From Mobula hypostoma (taxonomy: Eukaryota), in contig NC_086097.1 of assembly GCF_963921235.1 (NCBI RefSeq), positions 129,768,001 through 129,832,000 of the forward strand: 64,000 nt of DNA, in the 5' to 3' direction. Each line of letters starts with the position of its first letter. Positions within the stretch are counted from its first letter, which is position 1. Of the stretch, positions 12,569-24,882 are shown piece after piece. Below the pieces are notes generated by a model. That model was not told where the DNA came from. It was given only the letters and a program-made list of their open reading frames with translations, and did not search any database. Position numbers and translations under genes: made by a program.

Positions 12569-13389
12569 TACAAACGTATTTCATTGTGGCCCTTGCACTT
12601 TATTGTCTGCCTGCATTTCACTTTCTCTGTACATGTGGCACCATAATCTGCATTCTATTAATGCTTATCCTTTGTGCTAAATTGATGCACTGAAACAGTT
12701 TCCAATGCACATGAACCCACAGTTTATCACTGCAGACATAAAATCAGTTTTCAGGACAGCAAACACACAAAGAGATGATGTCACTTGCAGTGTCCTGAGA
12801 TCCTTTGAAACGCAATTGGAGGAGGTAGATGGAGACATATTTATCCTTTCCTTGCTTCAATGTAAGGTTCAAACTAGCTTTAGGAAGACCACTAGTTCAA
12901 ATTTAATTATCATTCAACCATACATGAATATTCAAGAATATAGCTAAAGAAAACAGCATTCCTCCATACCAACAGTGATACACAGCATAAAGCACATATA
13001 AGATAGCAGTAAAATACAGTCACACAAAAATAATATATGGCCCAAGTCCCTGCCCTGTAAATTGATGCTGCACGTTTGTTGTCGGCAAGAACAACCCCTC
13101 AGCAATCTGCAGACCAACGCCTGCACTCAATCCAGTTCGTTTTCCACTAAGCGAGCACTGGAGAGTAGTACCGACAGAAGGGGTCAGCCCCCAGTACAGC
13201 ATCAATGCTGCGCCAGATCACCTCTGACATCTTTCCATCTTGACAGCTGCAGCAGGCAAGCCTGCGGCATGAGGCCTAGTCCTCGCTACAACCAAGGTCA
13301 CGCAGCTCCCCCACCATCTGTTTCTCCAATAAACAGTGTCTTGTGATCACAAGAAAGTCGTCCAAAACAATCACACACTGTTAAGACTG

Positions 13390-15430
13390 CACACCACTTC
13401 ATGAGCTAACCCTGATGCCTTTCTGTAGCAGGCAGCAAAACAGTCTGCACCAAGTCCAGCTCCTCTGCTAACAAGGAATGTGCTGATAGGGTAAACCTGC
13501 AGAACTGAAGTTCTTAATGTCCAGCGTTGTCTTGCCAACATTGACAAAAACACCCTTGGTTAGGCCTGGAGAGGCCAGTGCATCTGAGTGCACCACCATC
13601 TTAATGAAACTATCATCACAGTACCTCAGAAAAACCAAGGTATCGTGACTTAATGAGTACCCCCTGTTGGTTCCAATGTCCATCAGCATGTAGAGCTCTG
13701 AGAGTTTGGTTATGGCATGCATTCACTTCAGCCTCCATTGCAACTCATCTACCACCTAAACAGGTCTATGACAAAAGCCATTTCCCTTGTCCTATATTTA
13801 TCTCTGGAGCATCAGACAATTGCTTATTGAGTATAGCTCTGTTTTTAACACTATTATTACAAGTAAACTCATTTTCAAACTCCCAGACCTAGGACATCAC
13901 TTTGTTTCTGGATCCTTGACTTATGACCAACGAACTTCAATCAGTAAGGACAGGCAGCAACATTTCTGTCATGATTATGTGTAACACTCTTGCCCCACAA
14001 GGCTGCATCCTTAGCCTCTATTCTATTCCCTGTACAATCATGACTGCATGGCCATAACCTGCTCCAGCTCCATCTATCGGTTTGTAGATGATGGTACTAT
14101 GGTGGGCCGTTAACTCAATAATGATGATGAATTGGAATAATGATGGGGAAGGAGATAGAGAACCTCATGTCATGGCAACAACTTCTCCATCAATGTCAGC
14201 AACACAAAAACACAAGAGTTTCTGTCGTAGATTCCTCCCTGATGGGAATGGGACAAACAGTCCATGAACAGGGTGTGCGGGATCCTTCATGATATAACTG
14301 GTCTTTTTCCAGCACCTTTCTATATATATGATCCAGCTGGTGGCGTAGTGGCATTGTGGCATCGGTAAGGTCCCGAGTTCGAATCCAGCCGGCTCTCCTG
14401 CATGCTTCCCATCCATGCTGGGCTATGAGCTGGTGATCTCTTTGGAAACTCACCTGGCAGAAGACAATGACAAACCACTGCTGTAACTTGCCTCGTACAT
14501 GGTTCCTCACTACGTCAGAGGGACGTGGAGGGAAATCGTCCGCTAACCGGAGAAACTCCAGATGCGACGTACCTTTCCTTTCCTTTTCTGTATATACCTC
14601 TTTGATGGCGATTAGGCTGGTGCCCATGATGCATGGAGCAGTTTTGACGACCCATTTTAGAGCCTGCCTTCCTGCCTGCTACAGTGCAGTTTCTGTACCA
14701 CAAGATATTGCAATACGTTAAGATGCTCTCTACTGGCAATCTGTAGAAGGATTGTGTACAGACATGCATAGTCCAGCTCTCTTCAGCCTCCTCAGGCGAT
14801 GGAGGTGTTAGTGAGTGTTCCTTATTGTGTTGAATGTGTTTAGGGACCATGAGAGGTTGTGCGAGATGTGCTCTCCCAGGATTTCAAATTTGCTCACAGT
14901 CCCCGCTGCTGTGCCATCAATGTAAAGAAGTGTGGGAGTGGTACAAGTATTCCTTAAGTTGATAACCATCTCCTTTGTCTTGGTGACATTGAGGAAGTGG
15001 TTATTTGTCTGGCATCAGGCTTTGAGCTCTTCCGTCTCCTCTCTGTTTGCATCTCATCGTTGTTGGTGATGAGCCCTACTAATGTCATCGACAGATCTGA
15101 CAATGTGATTACTCAGGTGTGTAGCTTGCAGTCATGTGTGAGCAGAGTGTATAGCAATGGGCTCAGCACACAACCCTGGGGGGGGGGGGACACCCAGTTG
15201 AGAATGATGGGGAAGGAGAAACGATTGTGCACCCTGACTATCGGAAGGCTGTTGGTTAGCAAGTCCAACACCCCGTTGCACAGTTCTGTATTTAGATGAG
15301 GAGTAGGCATTTAGTCAGCAAACTCTGTGGGGCAATATTATTGAATGCTGAACTAAAATCCATGGACAGCATTCTGACTCAAATCCCCTTGTTTTCCAGG
15401 TGTGCCAGGGCCAGGTGTATGACAGATGCT
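13390..15430. mobile_element. Rex1/Babar-like LINE fragments, both orientations
   Basis: PQGCVLSPLLYTLLTHDC (15113-15310, minus); similar degenerate RT on plus at 13760-14200. Confidence 0.7.
14333..14588 (+). mobile_element. tRNA-derived SINE with RTE-like tail
   Basis: A box TGGCGTAGTGG, B box GAGTTCGAATCC, GAAGACAATGACAAACCACT tail motif, (CCTTT)n end; TTCT(A/G)TATATA on both flanks. Confidence 0.75.
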
Positions 15431-15439
15431 ATGGCTTTT

Positions 15440-16025
15440 CGTGAATGGAGCAAAGGTGCTCGATAAAGTGGTCCTCCAATCTACATCAGGTCTCACTGGA
15501 GGAAGCCGTATTGGGAGCACCTGATATAGTAGACGGCCCTAACAGATTCAAAGGTGAAGTGTGCCTCAACTGGAAGGGCTGTCTGGGGTCCTGAATGAAG
15601 GTGAGGGAGGAGGTGGATAGGCAGCTGAAGCACTTCTTCCACTGGCAGGGATAAGTGCCGGGAGGGAGCTTAGTGGGGAAGAATGAACGGACAAGTGAAT
15701 CACGGAAAGAATGAATCCTGCAGAAAGCGAAGAGGGAAAGAGGCATTTGGTGGTAGGATCCCATTGAAAATGGCAAAAATTGTGGAGGATGATGTGTTGG
15801 GTGCAAAGGCTCATGGGGTGGTAGGTGAGGACAAGAGGAACTGTATCCCTGTTATGACAGCAGGAAGATGGGATTAGGGTGGATGTCTGGGAATTGGAGA
15901 TATGAGTGAGGGCAGCATCAATGGTGGAGGAAGGAAAACCCCTTTCATTGAAGGAGGAGGACATCTCTGATGTCCTGAAAAGGGAAGCCTCTACCTGGGA
16001 ACAGATGTGGTGGAGACAAAGGATA
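15440..16025 (-). mobile_element. Penelope-like element fragment
   Basis: EMSSSFNERGFPSSTI..VPLVLTYHP, homologous to the copies at 4762 and 17422. Confidence 0.85.
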
Positions 16026-16029
16026 CTAC

Positions 16030-17290
16030 AGAGGCTAGTGCCCACGATGGAGCTGACTAAGCTTACAACTGTCTGAAGCTTATTTCGATCTTGTGCAGTA
16101 GCCCCCACCACCCCCCCCGTTCGTCCATCATCGTCGTCGATGAAGACCTTGACACCATTGACGGTGTCGAGACTAGTGCATGATTTGGATTTAAGTGAGG
16201 GAGAGTTGCGCAGCGTCAGCCTCACTCTCTCTTCCCAATTCCCATCTGGATCCAGTGGCAAGACAAGAGTCGAGACGGCTGGAGATGGGACGAGGCGCAG
16301 TGGATGTTCAGGACATCTCCTGTGTCTTGTCCTGCTCTACACGTTCCACGACGCTTGCAGAGACTGCCTTCTTGACCGTTGAACCTTCCACTGGTCTCGT
16401 CTGCTCAATCTGCTGGAGACTGTCTTCACATGCTGGGATAGACATCTCCCTACCTCACCCGAGGGTTTGAGACCTGTCGGCTACCCTCACCTGGTTTAGC
16501 CGGCTTGTCAAAGCCGTTGCCCAGGGTGTGGCCACTGTCACATGCAAACAGCTACGGGGAGTCACAGGTGAGAGCTGAGTCCCCACCTATCATACCAGAC
16601 AATGACGTAGCCAATAAGAATGCTCTCCACAGTACATCTGTAGAAATTTGTGAGTGTCTTTATTGACATCCCAAGTCTCCTTAAACTTTTAAAGAAATAT
16701 AGCTGCTGTCGTGCCTTCTTTATAGTTGCATATGTTAGGTCCAGGACAGATCCTCAGAGATACTGATACCCACGAACTTGAAGATGCTCACTCTTCCCAC
16801 TTTTGATCCTTTATGAGGACTGTGTGTGTACCTTCATCTTACCCTTTTTGAAGTCCACAATCAATCTGGTCTTACTGACGTTGAGTGTAAGGTTGCTGCT
16901 GAATCACTCAACCAGCTGATATATGTTGCTCCTGTAAGCCTTCTTGTCACCATCTGAAATTCTGCCATCAATAGTTGCATTATCAGCAAATTTGTAAATG
17001 GCACTTGAGCTGTGCCTAGACACACGGTCATGGATGTAAAGACGTAGAGCAGTGGGCCAAGCACACGTCCATGAGGTGTGCCAGTGTTGATTGTCAGTGA
17101 GGTAGGTGGAGATGTTATTTCTGACCCAAGCAGACTGTGGTCTTCCAGTTAGGTAGTTGAGGATCCAATTGCAGAGGGAGCTACAGAGACCCAGGTTCTG
17201 GAGCTTTTCGTTCAGAACTGTAGGAATGACGGGCTATAAACACTGAGCTATAGTCAATAAATGCCATCCTGGCATTGGTATTTGTACTGA
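16030..17290 (-). mobile_element. Rex1/Babar-like LINE fragment (interrupted at 16118-16580)
   Basis: Reverse complement aligns with the Rex1-like RT segments at 26870-27790 and 57600-58270. Confidence 0.75.
16118..16580 (-). mobile_element. Bipartite RTE-derived non-autonomous retroposon, 5'-truncated copy
   Basis: Near-identical to 35336-35942 once the SINE insert is removed; CCCCACC on both flanks; RTE assignment is from recalled similarity to RTE 5' UTR and 3' end, not a search. Confidence 0.65.
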
Positions 17291-17484
17291 TCGGGAAGAT
17301 TAGAGCCCTCAGGACTACTCCAACAACAACAGACCTGAATGCCACCCAGTCATAAAACTAGCAACCCAGACTCTACAACCTTCACACAAGAACATGATTC
17401 AAACTTGCAAAACTGTATTCAAGCAATACACATCAAAGTTGCTGGTGAACGCAGCAGGCCAGGCAGCATCTCTAGGAAGAGGTA

Positions 17485-17522
17485 CAGTTGACGTTTCAGG
17501 CTGAGACCCTTCGTCAGGACTA
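17485..17522 (-). ncRNA. Minimal type I hammerhead motif in inverted pLTR
   Basis: Minus strand TAGTC-CTGACGA-AGGGTCTCAGCCT-GAAA-C-GTC-AACTG. Confidence 0.7.
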
Positions 17523-19788
17523 ACTGAAGGAAGAGCCCGCTCTGGTTTTCTGCCTGCTCTGGATCTCTTTATTGCTATCTGCTGATGGGACATCAACCGT
17601 CTCGACTTCACCGCACCTTGTTCCCATTCCAACCTTACTCCTTCCGAACACTCTGCTCTCTACTCCCTCCGCTCTAATCCTAACCTTACTATTAAACCCG
17701 CCAATAAGGGGGGTGCTGTTGTAGTCTGGCATACTGACCTCTACCTTGCCGAGGCACAGCGACAACTCGCGGATGCCCCCTCTTATTTACCCCTCGATCG
17801 TGACCCCACTAAGGAGCACCAGGCCATTGTCTCCCACACCATCACTGACTTTATCCGCTCAGGAGAGCTCCCATCCACTGCTACCAACCTTATAGTTCCC
17901 ACATCTCGCACTTCTCGTTTCTACCTCCTATCCAAGATCCACAAACCTGCCTGTCCTGGCCGACCTATTGTCTCAGCTTGCTCCTGCCCCACCGAACTCG
18001 TTTCTGCATACCTCGACACAGTTTTATCCCCCCTTGTTCAATCCCTTCCTACCTATGTTCGTGACACTTCTCACGCTCTTAAACTTTTTGATGATTTTAA
18101 GTTCCCTGGCCCCCACCACTTTACTTTCACCATGGCTGTCCAGCCCCTATATACTTCCAACCCCCATCAGGAAGGTCTCAAAGCTCTACGTTTCTTTTTG
18201 GATTCCAGACCTAATCAGTTCCCCTCTACCACCACTCTGCTCCATCTAGTGGAATTAGTCCTTACTCTTAATAATTTCTCCTTTGGCTCCTCCCACTTCC
18301 TCCAAACTAAAGGTGTAGCTATGGGCACCCGTATGGGTCCTAGCTTTGCCTGCCTTTTCGTTGGGTTTGTGGAACAATCTATGTTCCAAACCTATCCTGG
18401 TATCTGTCCCCCACTTTTCCTTCGCTACATCGGACGACTGCATTGGTGCTGCTTCCTGCACGCACGCTGAGCTCGTTGACTTCATTAACTTTGCCTCCAA
18501 CTTTCACCCTGCCCTCAAGTTTACCTGGTCCATTTCCAACACCTCCCTCCCCTTTCTAGATCTTTTGTCTCTATCTCTGGAGACAGCTTATCTACTGATG
18601 TCCACTATAAGCCTACTGACTCTCACAGCTATCTGGACTACTTCTCTTCTCACCCTGTCTCTTGCAGAAACGCCATCCCCTTCTCGCAATTCCTCCGTCT
18701 CCGCCTCATCTGCTCTCAGGATGAGGCTTTTCATTCCAGGACGAAGGAGATGTCCTCCTTTTTTAAAGAAAGGGGCTTCCCTTCCTCCACCATCAACTCT
18801 GCTGTCAAACGCATCTCCCCCATTTCACGCACATCTGCTCTCACTCCATCCTCCCGCCACCCCACTAGGAATAGGGTTCCCCTGGTCCTCACCTACCACC
18901 CCACTAGCCTCTGGGTCCAACATATTATTCTCCGTAACTTCCGCCACCTCCAACGGGATCTCACCACTAAGCACATCTTTCCCTCCCCCGCCCCTGCTCT
19001 CTGCTTTCCACAGGGATCACTCCCTACGCGACTCCCTTGTCCATTCGCCCCCCCCCCATCCCTCCCCACTGATCCTCCTGGCACTTATCCTTGTAAGCGG
19101 AACAAGTGCTACACATGCCCTTACACTTCCTCCCTTACCACCATTCAGGGTCCCAGACAGTCCTTCCAGGTGAGGCAACACTTCACCTGTGATTCAGCTG
19201 GGGTGACATACTGTGTCCGGTGCTCCCGATGTGGCCGTCTATATATTGACGAGACCCGACGCAGACTGGGAGATTGTTTTGCTGAACACCTAGGCTCTGT
19301 CCGCCAGAGAAAGCAGGATCTCCCAGTGGCCACACATTCTAATTCGACATCCCATTCCCATTCTGATATGTCTATCCACGGCCTCTTCTACTGTCAAGAT
19401 GAAGCCACACTCAGGTTGGAGGAACAACACCTTATATTCCCTCTGGGTAGCCTCCAACCTGATGGCATGAACATTGACTTCTCTAACTTCCGCTAATATC
19501 CCACTTCCCCCTCATACCCCATCCGTTATTTATTTATATACACACATTCTTTCTCTCTCTCTCCTTTTTCTCCCTCTGTCCCTTTTACTATACCCCTTGC
19601 CCATCCTCTGGGATTTTCCCCCCTCCCCCTTTTCCTTCTCCCTGGGCCTCCTGTCCCATGATCGTCTCATACCCCTTTTGCCTATCACCTGTCCAGCTCT
19701 TGGCTCCATCCCTCCCCCTCCTGTCTTCTCCTATCATTTTGGATCTCCCCCTCCCACTTTCAAATCTCTTACTAGCTCTTCCTTCAGT

Positions 19789-19826
19789 TAGTCCTGACGA
19801 AGGGTCTCGGCCCGAAACGTCGACTG
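19789..19826 (+). ncRNA. Minimal type I hammerhead ribozyme motif (intact core)
   Basis: Stem I TAGTC/GACTG, CTGACGA box, stem II GGGT-CTCG-GCCC, GAAA box, loopless palindromic stem III (ACGT), GTC cleavage triplet. Confidence 0.8.
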
Positions 19827-20751
19827 TACCTCTTCCTAGAGATGCTGCCTGGCCTGCTGCATTCACCAGCAACTTTGGTGTGTGTTGCTTGAAATTCCAG
19901 CATCTGCAGAAGCATTCCTCATGTTTGCGTTTTTAAAAAAACTGTATTCATTTATTATACACATACACACACACATACACGAGTCTTCTCTGATATAAAC
20001 CCTCTGTCTGTGTTTTCATGGTTATCTGCTATGCTATTCCTACATCTCAAAGAAAGAGCAGCCACTGATTGAGAACTTGCAAACTACCAAGACTGCTCAT
20101 GAGCAAAACACAGCATTATTACATTATCCATAATTTTAATCAGGGCCAGAATCATTGAAGATGGCCTGTCGCAGACTCAATTGTTTGGGGATTTAACAAA
20201 AAATTTGCAACGGTAATGACATTGATAAACGAGAGAGAAATCAAAACCTTCTTCAGCACACTTTAAAAAAATCAACTTAGCAACTCTCAGATAATGATTA
20301 ATCATTTTTCCTCTTCCCTGCAATGATCCCTTACCACAATGATAGCATTACAATTTTTTTTAAAAAGCCTAAATGTAAAAGAGCAATTCCCAATACAAAT
20401 ATCATCCTCGAATATCCCACACAGCCCAGTCAGATTCATTAACTTCCTTTGCCTACTGGAGTTAATGAGCTTATTTCAAATGTCTTGTACATTAACCATT
20501 CACTGCTGCCTGCCGAGGTCATTCTATCGCTGCATGTATTTTCAGTAAGTGCTTCTAATGCACAAGGCAGCTTCCTAACTGCGCTATTGATTCACTCTGC
20601 TATGTCCTTCTTTCAAGTTAGTTCCAGGAAAATATGTCTCAGGACAATGTGTATGATTTCAAACAGGAAGGGAGTGTTTAATGGCTCCACAGGTAATTTA
20701 ACACACAAGAAATTGTCAAATAGACTCCAAATCTTAGTCCTTCTTCTAACT

Positions 20752-20831
20752 CAGTGCTTTCCAACCTGGGGTCCACGAACCCAATACTTAATGGTATTGG
20801 TCCATGGGCATAAAATGGTTGTGAACTCCTG
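20752..20831. mobile_element. 80-bp hAT-type MITE
   Basis: Imperfect TIRs CAGTGCTTTCCAACC / GGTTGTGAACTCCTG; perfect 8-bp TSD TTCTAACT. Confidence 0.8.
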
Positions 20832-21786
20832 TTCTAACTGAAAAAGTAAGTTTACCATCTCACTGGGATGGTCAGGAAATCTCCTTGAACACAGCTGAGG
20901 AACCCAGGAGAAAGGGAGATATAAGAGACTGCAGATGCTGGAATCACGACAAACTGCTGGCGGAATTCAAGCAGGAAGGCAGTGTTTATGGAGGGAAAGT
21001 GACAGAGAATATTACAGGTCAACACTGTTTACTTGGACTCAAACAGTATTTCTTTGCATCCTAATCTTAATACCCCATGAGTTCCTCACTTAGTGAATTA
21101 GTGAAATGTTCTCGTTATGTTAACTCCCAGAGCCCTGTGAATTTTGGAATGTCCTCCTGGGCCAGCTTTAGGACCTGTGATTACTTCCTAATGTAAATAG
21201 GCTGGACTTACTAACAAGGGGTTTAGCAATGCTACAACTTGGGCAAGTAATAAAGTTGAGCAGTAATAGGGAGACACAGAAAGATGGGTAAAAAGGACAA
21301 ATCTGAAGAGATGACATTTGATTTGGGATCTACAAAGTGAACCATTGTGGGAGAACCAGCAGAGAGCTAGCATAAACTTGGCTTGGTGTACATAACTTAT
21401 GTCTCAAAGGCAACAGGGCAAATTGAAAATGGGTCTGTGAAAATTTAAAAAAGAATGCAACTCAAAAGGCACAGAAATCACACCAGTTTTTTTTAGACAA
21501 AACTCTGACTGGGACCTTGACTGAAATAATTTACCTGGAACTGCATAAAATGGCAATGAGACTATAAGACAAAGTGGACATTTGGAAATTCCATCAGTAC
21601 TACAACACTAAGTTGAAGCATATAATTGGTGAGTCAGAGTATTGTGAACAGATATGGTCAGCCTGTTAGGGAAGACATCATTAAACTAGAGAAAAACTTC
21701 AGTGAAGATTTAAACCAGCGGTCCCCAGCCACCGGGCCATGAGGAAATGATATGAGTCAGCTGCACCTTTCCTCATTCCCTGCCAC

Positions 21787-22682
21787 TGTTACATGCTCAA
21801 GGAGATGGGGCTGTGTTTTTTTTTGTGAGAATGATGTAATGGTCTTTTGGAGGTCACCTGATGTGATTTTCCCGCCGATGTGAGGTCACGTGATGACATT
21901 TAACCCATGACTATATAAGGGTTGACCCAGGTGACGCAGTGGGTTTTTGAGTTTGTAGATTTCCAGGTAGAATGTGTTGTATCTCCGTTTCTGTTGCGTG
22001 TTTGTTTTTTGTGACGCAGTTTCATTTTTAAAACGGAGTGTGCATTCTGTTGCAAGATACCATATTATCGAACTGCAAATTTTTGCTAGATGTGTTGATT
22101 TATTCAATTCCAACATTAGAAGGAAGAGTGAAGAATTTATTGAAGTGCAGGATCGAGGGATAGAGAGGAGTGGCATCGTTGGTGGCAGTTTAATAAAGGA
22201 TCAACCTTATTGAGTCTTCGTTGGAGTAGCAACCTGCATCAGAGATATCTCTTGCCAAAAAGAGCAAGGAGTTCATGCAAAAAGGTGCTCTCTCTCTAAA
22301 GGAATTTAAGGTCAGTTGATTTAAACTGTTTATTTTCGGCATCGTGAATCCTGTGGACAGAACCAGCAGTAAAGTTGCGTCTGTGAAGAAATCCTTCTCC
22401 AGAGAAGTCTCTCCCAATTGAACTTGTAAATCTGTTGGACTTTCGAAGTTATCACTTTAAGAACTATATCTGACTGCATCGCTTTAAGAACTGTTTTCGC
22501 ATTTAATGCTTTAAGAACCAGAGCCGAGTGGCGAGTTGGTGAACGGCTGCATATCTGTTAACTTCCGGTTAAAGTTCTTGTTTGTTTTTTTTTTCCTTAT
22601 CATTTATCCGTGTTTAATAAATGTTTGGTTATTTTTATATAACCTGTCTCAGTTGATATTCATTGTTGCCGTTTACCTAACA
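21787..22682 (+). repeat. Solo LTR, Gypsy family B
   Basis: TGTTACA...CTAACA; homologous to the LTRs at 48306 and 54089; 4-bp TSD CCAC. Confidence 0.93.
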
Positions 22683-22705
22683 CCACGCACTGTTGAACTT
22701 GAACA

Positions 22706-23249
22706 TAGGGTCGCCAACTGTCCCGTATATGCCGGGACATCCTATAAATTGGGCTAAATTAGTTTCTCCCATACGGGACCGCCTTTGTCCCGTATTTCCC
22801 CCGCTAAGGTAGAGCGTTCCTATGAAACCTTTCATGCCAAAATGGAGTGAAACGAAGAAGCAATTACCATTAATTTATATGGGACAAATTTTTGAGCATT
22901 CCCAGATCCAAAAAGTAACCTACCAATACATACCAAATAACACATAAAACCGAAAATAAATAACACTAACATATAGTAAAAGCAGGAATGATATGATAAA
23001 TACACAGCCTAGATAAAGTACAAGTAATGTATGTACAGTATAGTCCGGAAGATGAAGGCAAAACCAATCTGTGGGGGGGGGGAAATCGGCATGTACGCGA
23101 ATACGCACATTACATGCGCACGTCACGCATGCACACACAGGTGCCCGCGCAAGGCTTCATGGTCATGGCAGGCTTTCCTGGGGTAAAGAGCCCGGGATTT
23201 GACTGCTACTTTTGTCCCTTATTTGTGAGTGAGAAAGTTGGCAACCCTA
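22706..23249. mobile_element. Internal MITE with hAT/Tip100-like termini
   Basis: TAGGGTCGCCAAC ... GTTGGCAACCCTA inverted termini, subterminal TCCCG repeats; no TSD visible. Confidence 0.6.
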
Positions 23250-23646
23250 ACTGTAAAAGACATCATGTGGAGGTGAGTTTAACCCTATTTGAACACCCAC
23301 CCCCCCACTCCCGGTCGGCCGGTCCGCAAGAATATTGTCAATATTAAACCGGTCCGCGGTGCAAAAAAGGTTGGGGACCCCTGATTTAAACAGATGCTGC
23401 TAGGGCTTGAAGGTTTGAGCTATTGGGAGAGGTTGAACAGGCTAGGACTATATTTCTTGGGATGTAGGAAGCTAGCTAGTAAGCACTGCAGTTGTCATGG
23501 GTGAGTTTGGTCAAAAGGCCTATTTCCATGCTGTATTACTCCATGGCTTTTTTTCTAAGTTCCTGATGCAAATAAACTGCAAAAAAGTTGCTATTCCTTT
23601 CTTTCCTCTGCTTGTTAAGCTGACTATTTGTGAGTAAATTGATGTT

Positions 23647-23955
23647 GGGCAACACAATGATGCGGTGAGCAGACTGTTGTCTTGTACCTCCAGTTACCCA
23701 GATTTAACCCTGGCTGCTGGTGCTGTCTGTGTGACATTTACGTATTTTCCCTAGTGCGATTTCTCCAGGTTCTCAGGTTTCCTCCCATATCTACGTGAAT
23801 TGACTGGTTAATTGGCCGCTAAATGGTTCCCTGTGTGTAGTGAGAGGATAGTTACAGGGAATGTGAGGAGAATGGATTACAGGGCAAATTGCTGGGGAAG
23901 GGATTGCTTGTGTGAATCCACATAGACTCTGATGGGTCGTCGCCCTATTCTATGT
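23647..23955 (+). mobile_element. Degenerate V-SINE (HE1-like)
   Basis: V-domain-like TTTCTCCAGGTTCTCAGGTTTCCTCCCA, decayed tRNA head and CR1-like tail; a more decayed copy lies near 33810-33990. Confidence 0.6.
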
Positions 23956-24298
23956 TGTAAGGAATTATGTTATGAGTACACGATCAGCTGCATGGTTGTG
24001 TGTTTCCCTCAAGCCTGGACGTACCGTATATCTCAGCCTACATGTAGCTCACAGGCTTACAACGAACTGCCAACACAGGTTGAAACTCTCATGTGTCACC
24101 CTTGGGATCAATGTCAGATCACAGAAATTTACCTGATCATCTTCTGAGTAAGAGAACTATCCCTTTTAAGCAGGTGGGAGACTGTGAGTAATAGAAACTG
24201 GAGGGCTTTGAGAACTGTCCGTAACCCAAAGTTTCCCTAAATCGGAAATGCAGCTGAGACGGCAAAAGATGCACCGATGGGTTAATTAGCTACAGATT

Positions 24299-24517
24299 GA
24301 GAAAGAGAAAGCCCTTAACTCCGAGTGGAGTCATCAGGACACCGTCATGATGGAATTTTTCTTTTTAGCAGGCTTTCTTATTTTTACGAGGCCGAGTTGC
24401 TAGCTCGATGCTCAACCCAGCACGGATGGAAAGCGTGCCTGGGCAGCCGACTGGATTCAAACTCGGGAGCCTTCGCTCCGAAGTCCGGCGCTGATGCCAC
24501 TACACCACCAGCCGGCC
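24299..24517 (-). mobile_element. tRNA-derived SINE with 11-bp TSD
   Basis: Minus-strand A box TGGTGTAGTGG, B box GAGTTTGAATCC; AGCTACAGATT at 24288-24298 and 24518-24528. Confidence 0.85.
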
Positions 24518-24882
24518 AGCTACAGATTAGTAATTAGTTAATTATTTTAGATCTTAATTACAGCTAGTTAATTAGTACAGATACATACGACAGATGTAAA
24601 ACACACTGGACTACAAATTGCCGAACCAGAGCCCCAACCTATGCTAATCCTCTTTCTGTAATTTTGAGCACAACATTTTGGCGAGGATGACAAGATTCAT
24701 ATAGGATTTGTTGGAGTTATAAAGGTACCCCTAAAGTCTCTCTATTCTACAACTCTCCTCAAGAGTCCCATGTACATCCTGCACTGGTTTAGCATTCCAA
24801 AGTACATCATTTCACACTTGTTTTAGTTAGATTTCCATCTGCTATTCCCTTCCCCATTTGATTTAAATTCTGTGGTCACTTT

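Larger units (their letters stand above)
17422..19937 (+). mobile_element. Penelope-like element with inverted 5' pLTR and 13-bp TSD
   Basis: RT and GIY-YIG motifs (GVTYCVRCSRCGRLYIDET); 17417-17536 is the reverse complement of 19774-19893; AAAACTGTATTCA at 17409-17421 and 19938-19950. Confidence 0.94.
21716..23383. mobile_element. Non-autonomous hAT (Charlie-like) element inserted in a CR1 fragment
   Basis: TIRs CAGCGGTCCCCAGCC / GGTTGGGGACCCCTG; 8-bp TSD ATTTAAAC (21708-21715, 23384-23391); CR1 sequence resumes across the site. Confidence 0.88.

Noticed and set aside
15566..16261. 231-aa minus-strand ORF that looks like a novel fusion protein
   Set aside because: Chance read-through across three adjacent repeats (RTE-derived, Rex1, Penelope)
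22440..22520. Repeated (GC)TTTAAGAAC units with spacers, superficially CRISPR-like
   Set aside because: Only 3-4 short units inside a Gypsy LTR, repeated in the other LTR copies; eukaryotic context and no cas genes
24308..24345. Minus-strand CTGATGA followed by stem CTCC-ACTC-GGAG in a SINE tail, hammerhead-like
   Set aside because: The GAAA box is absent (TTAAG follows) and there is no stem III or cleavage triplet
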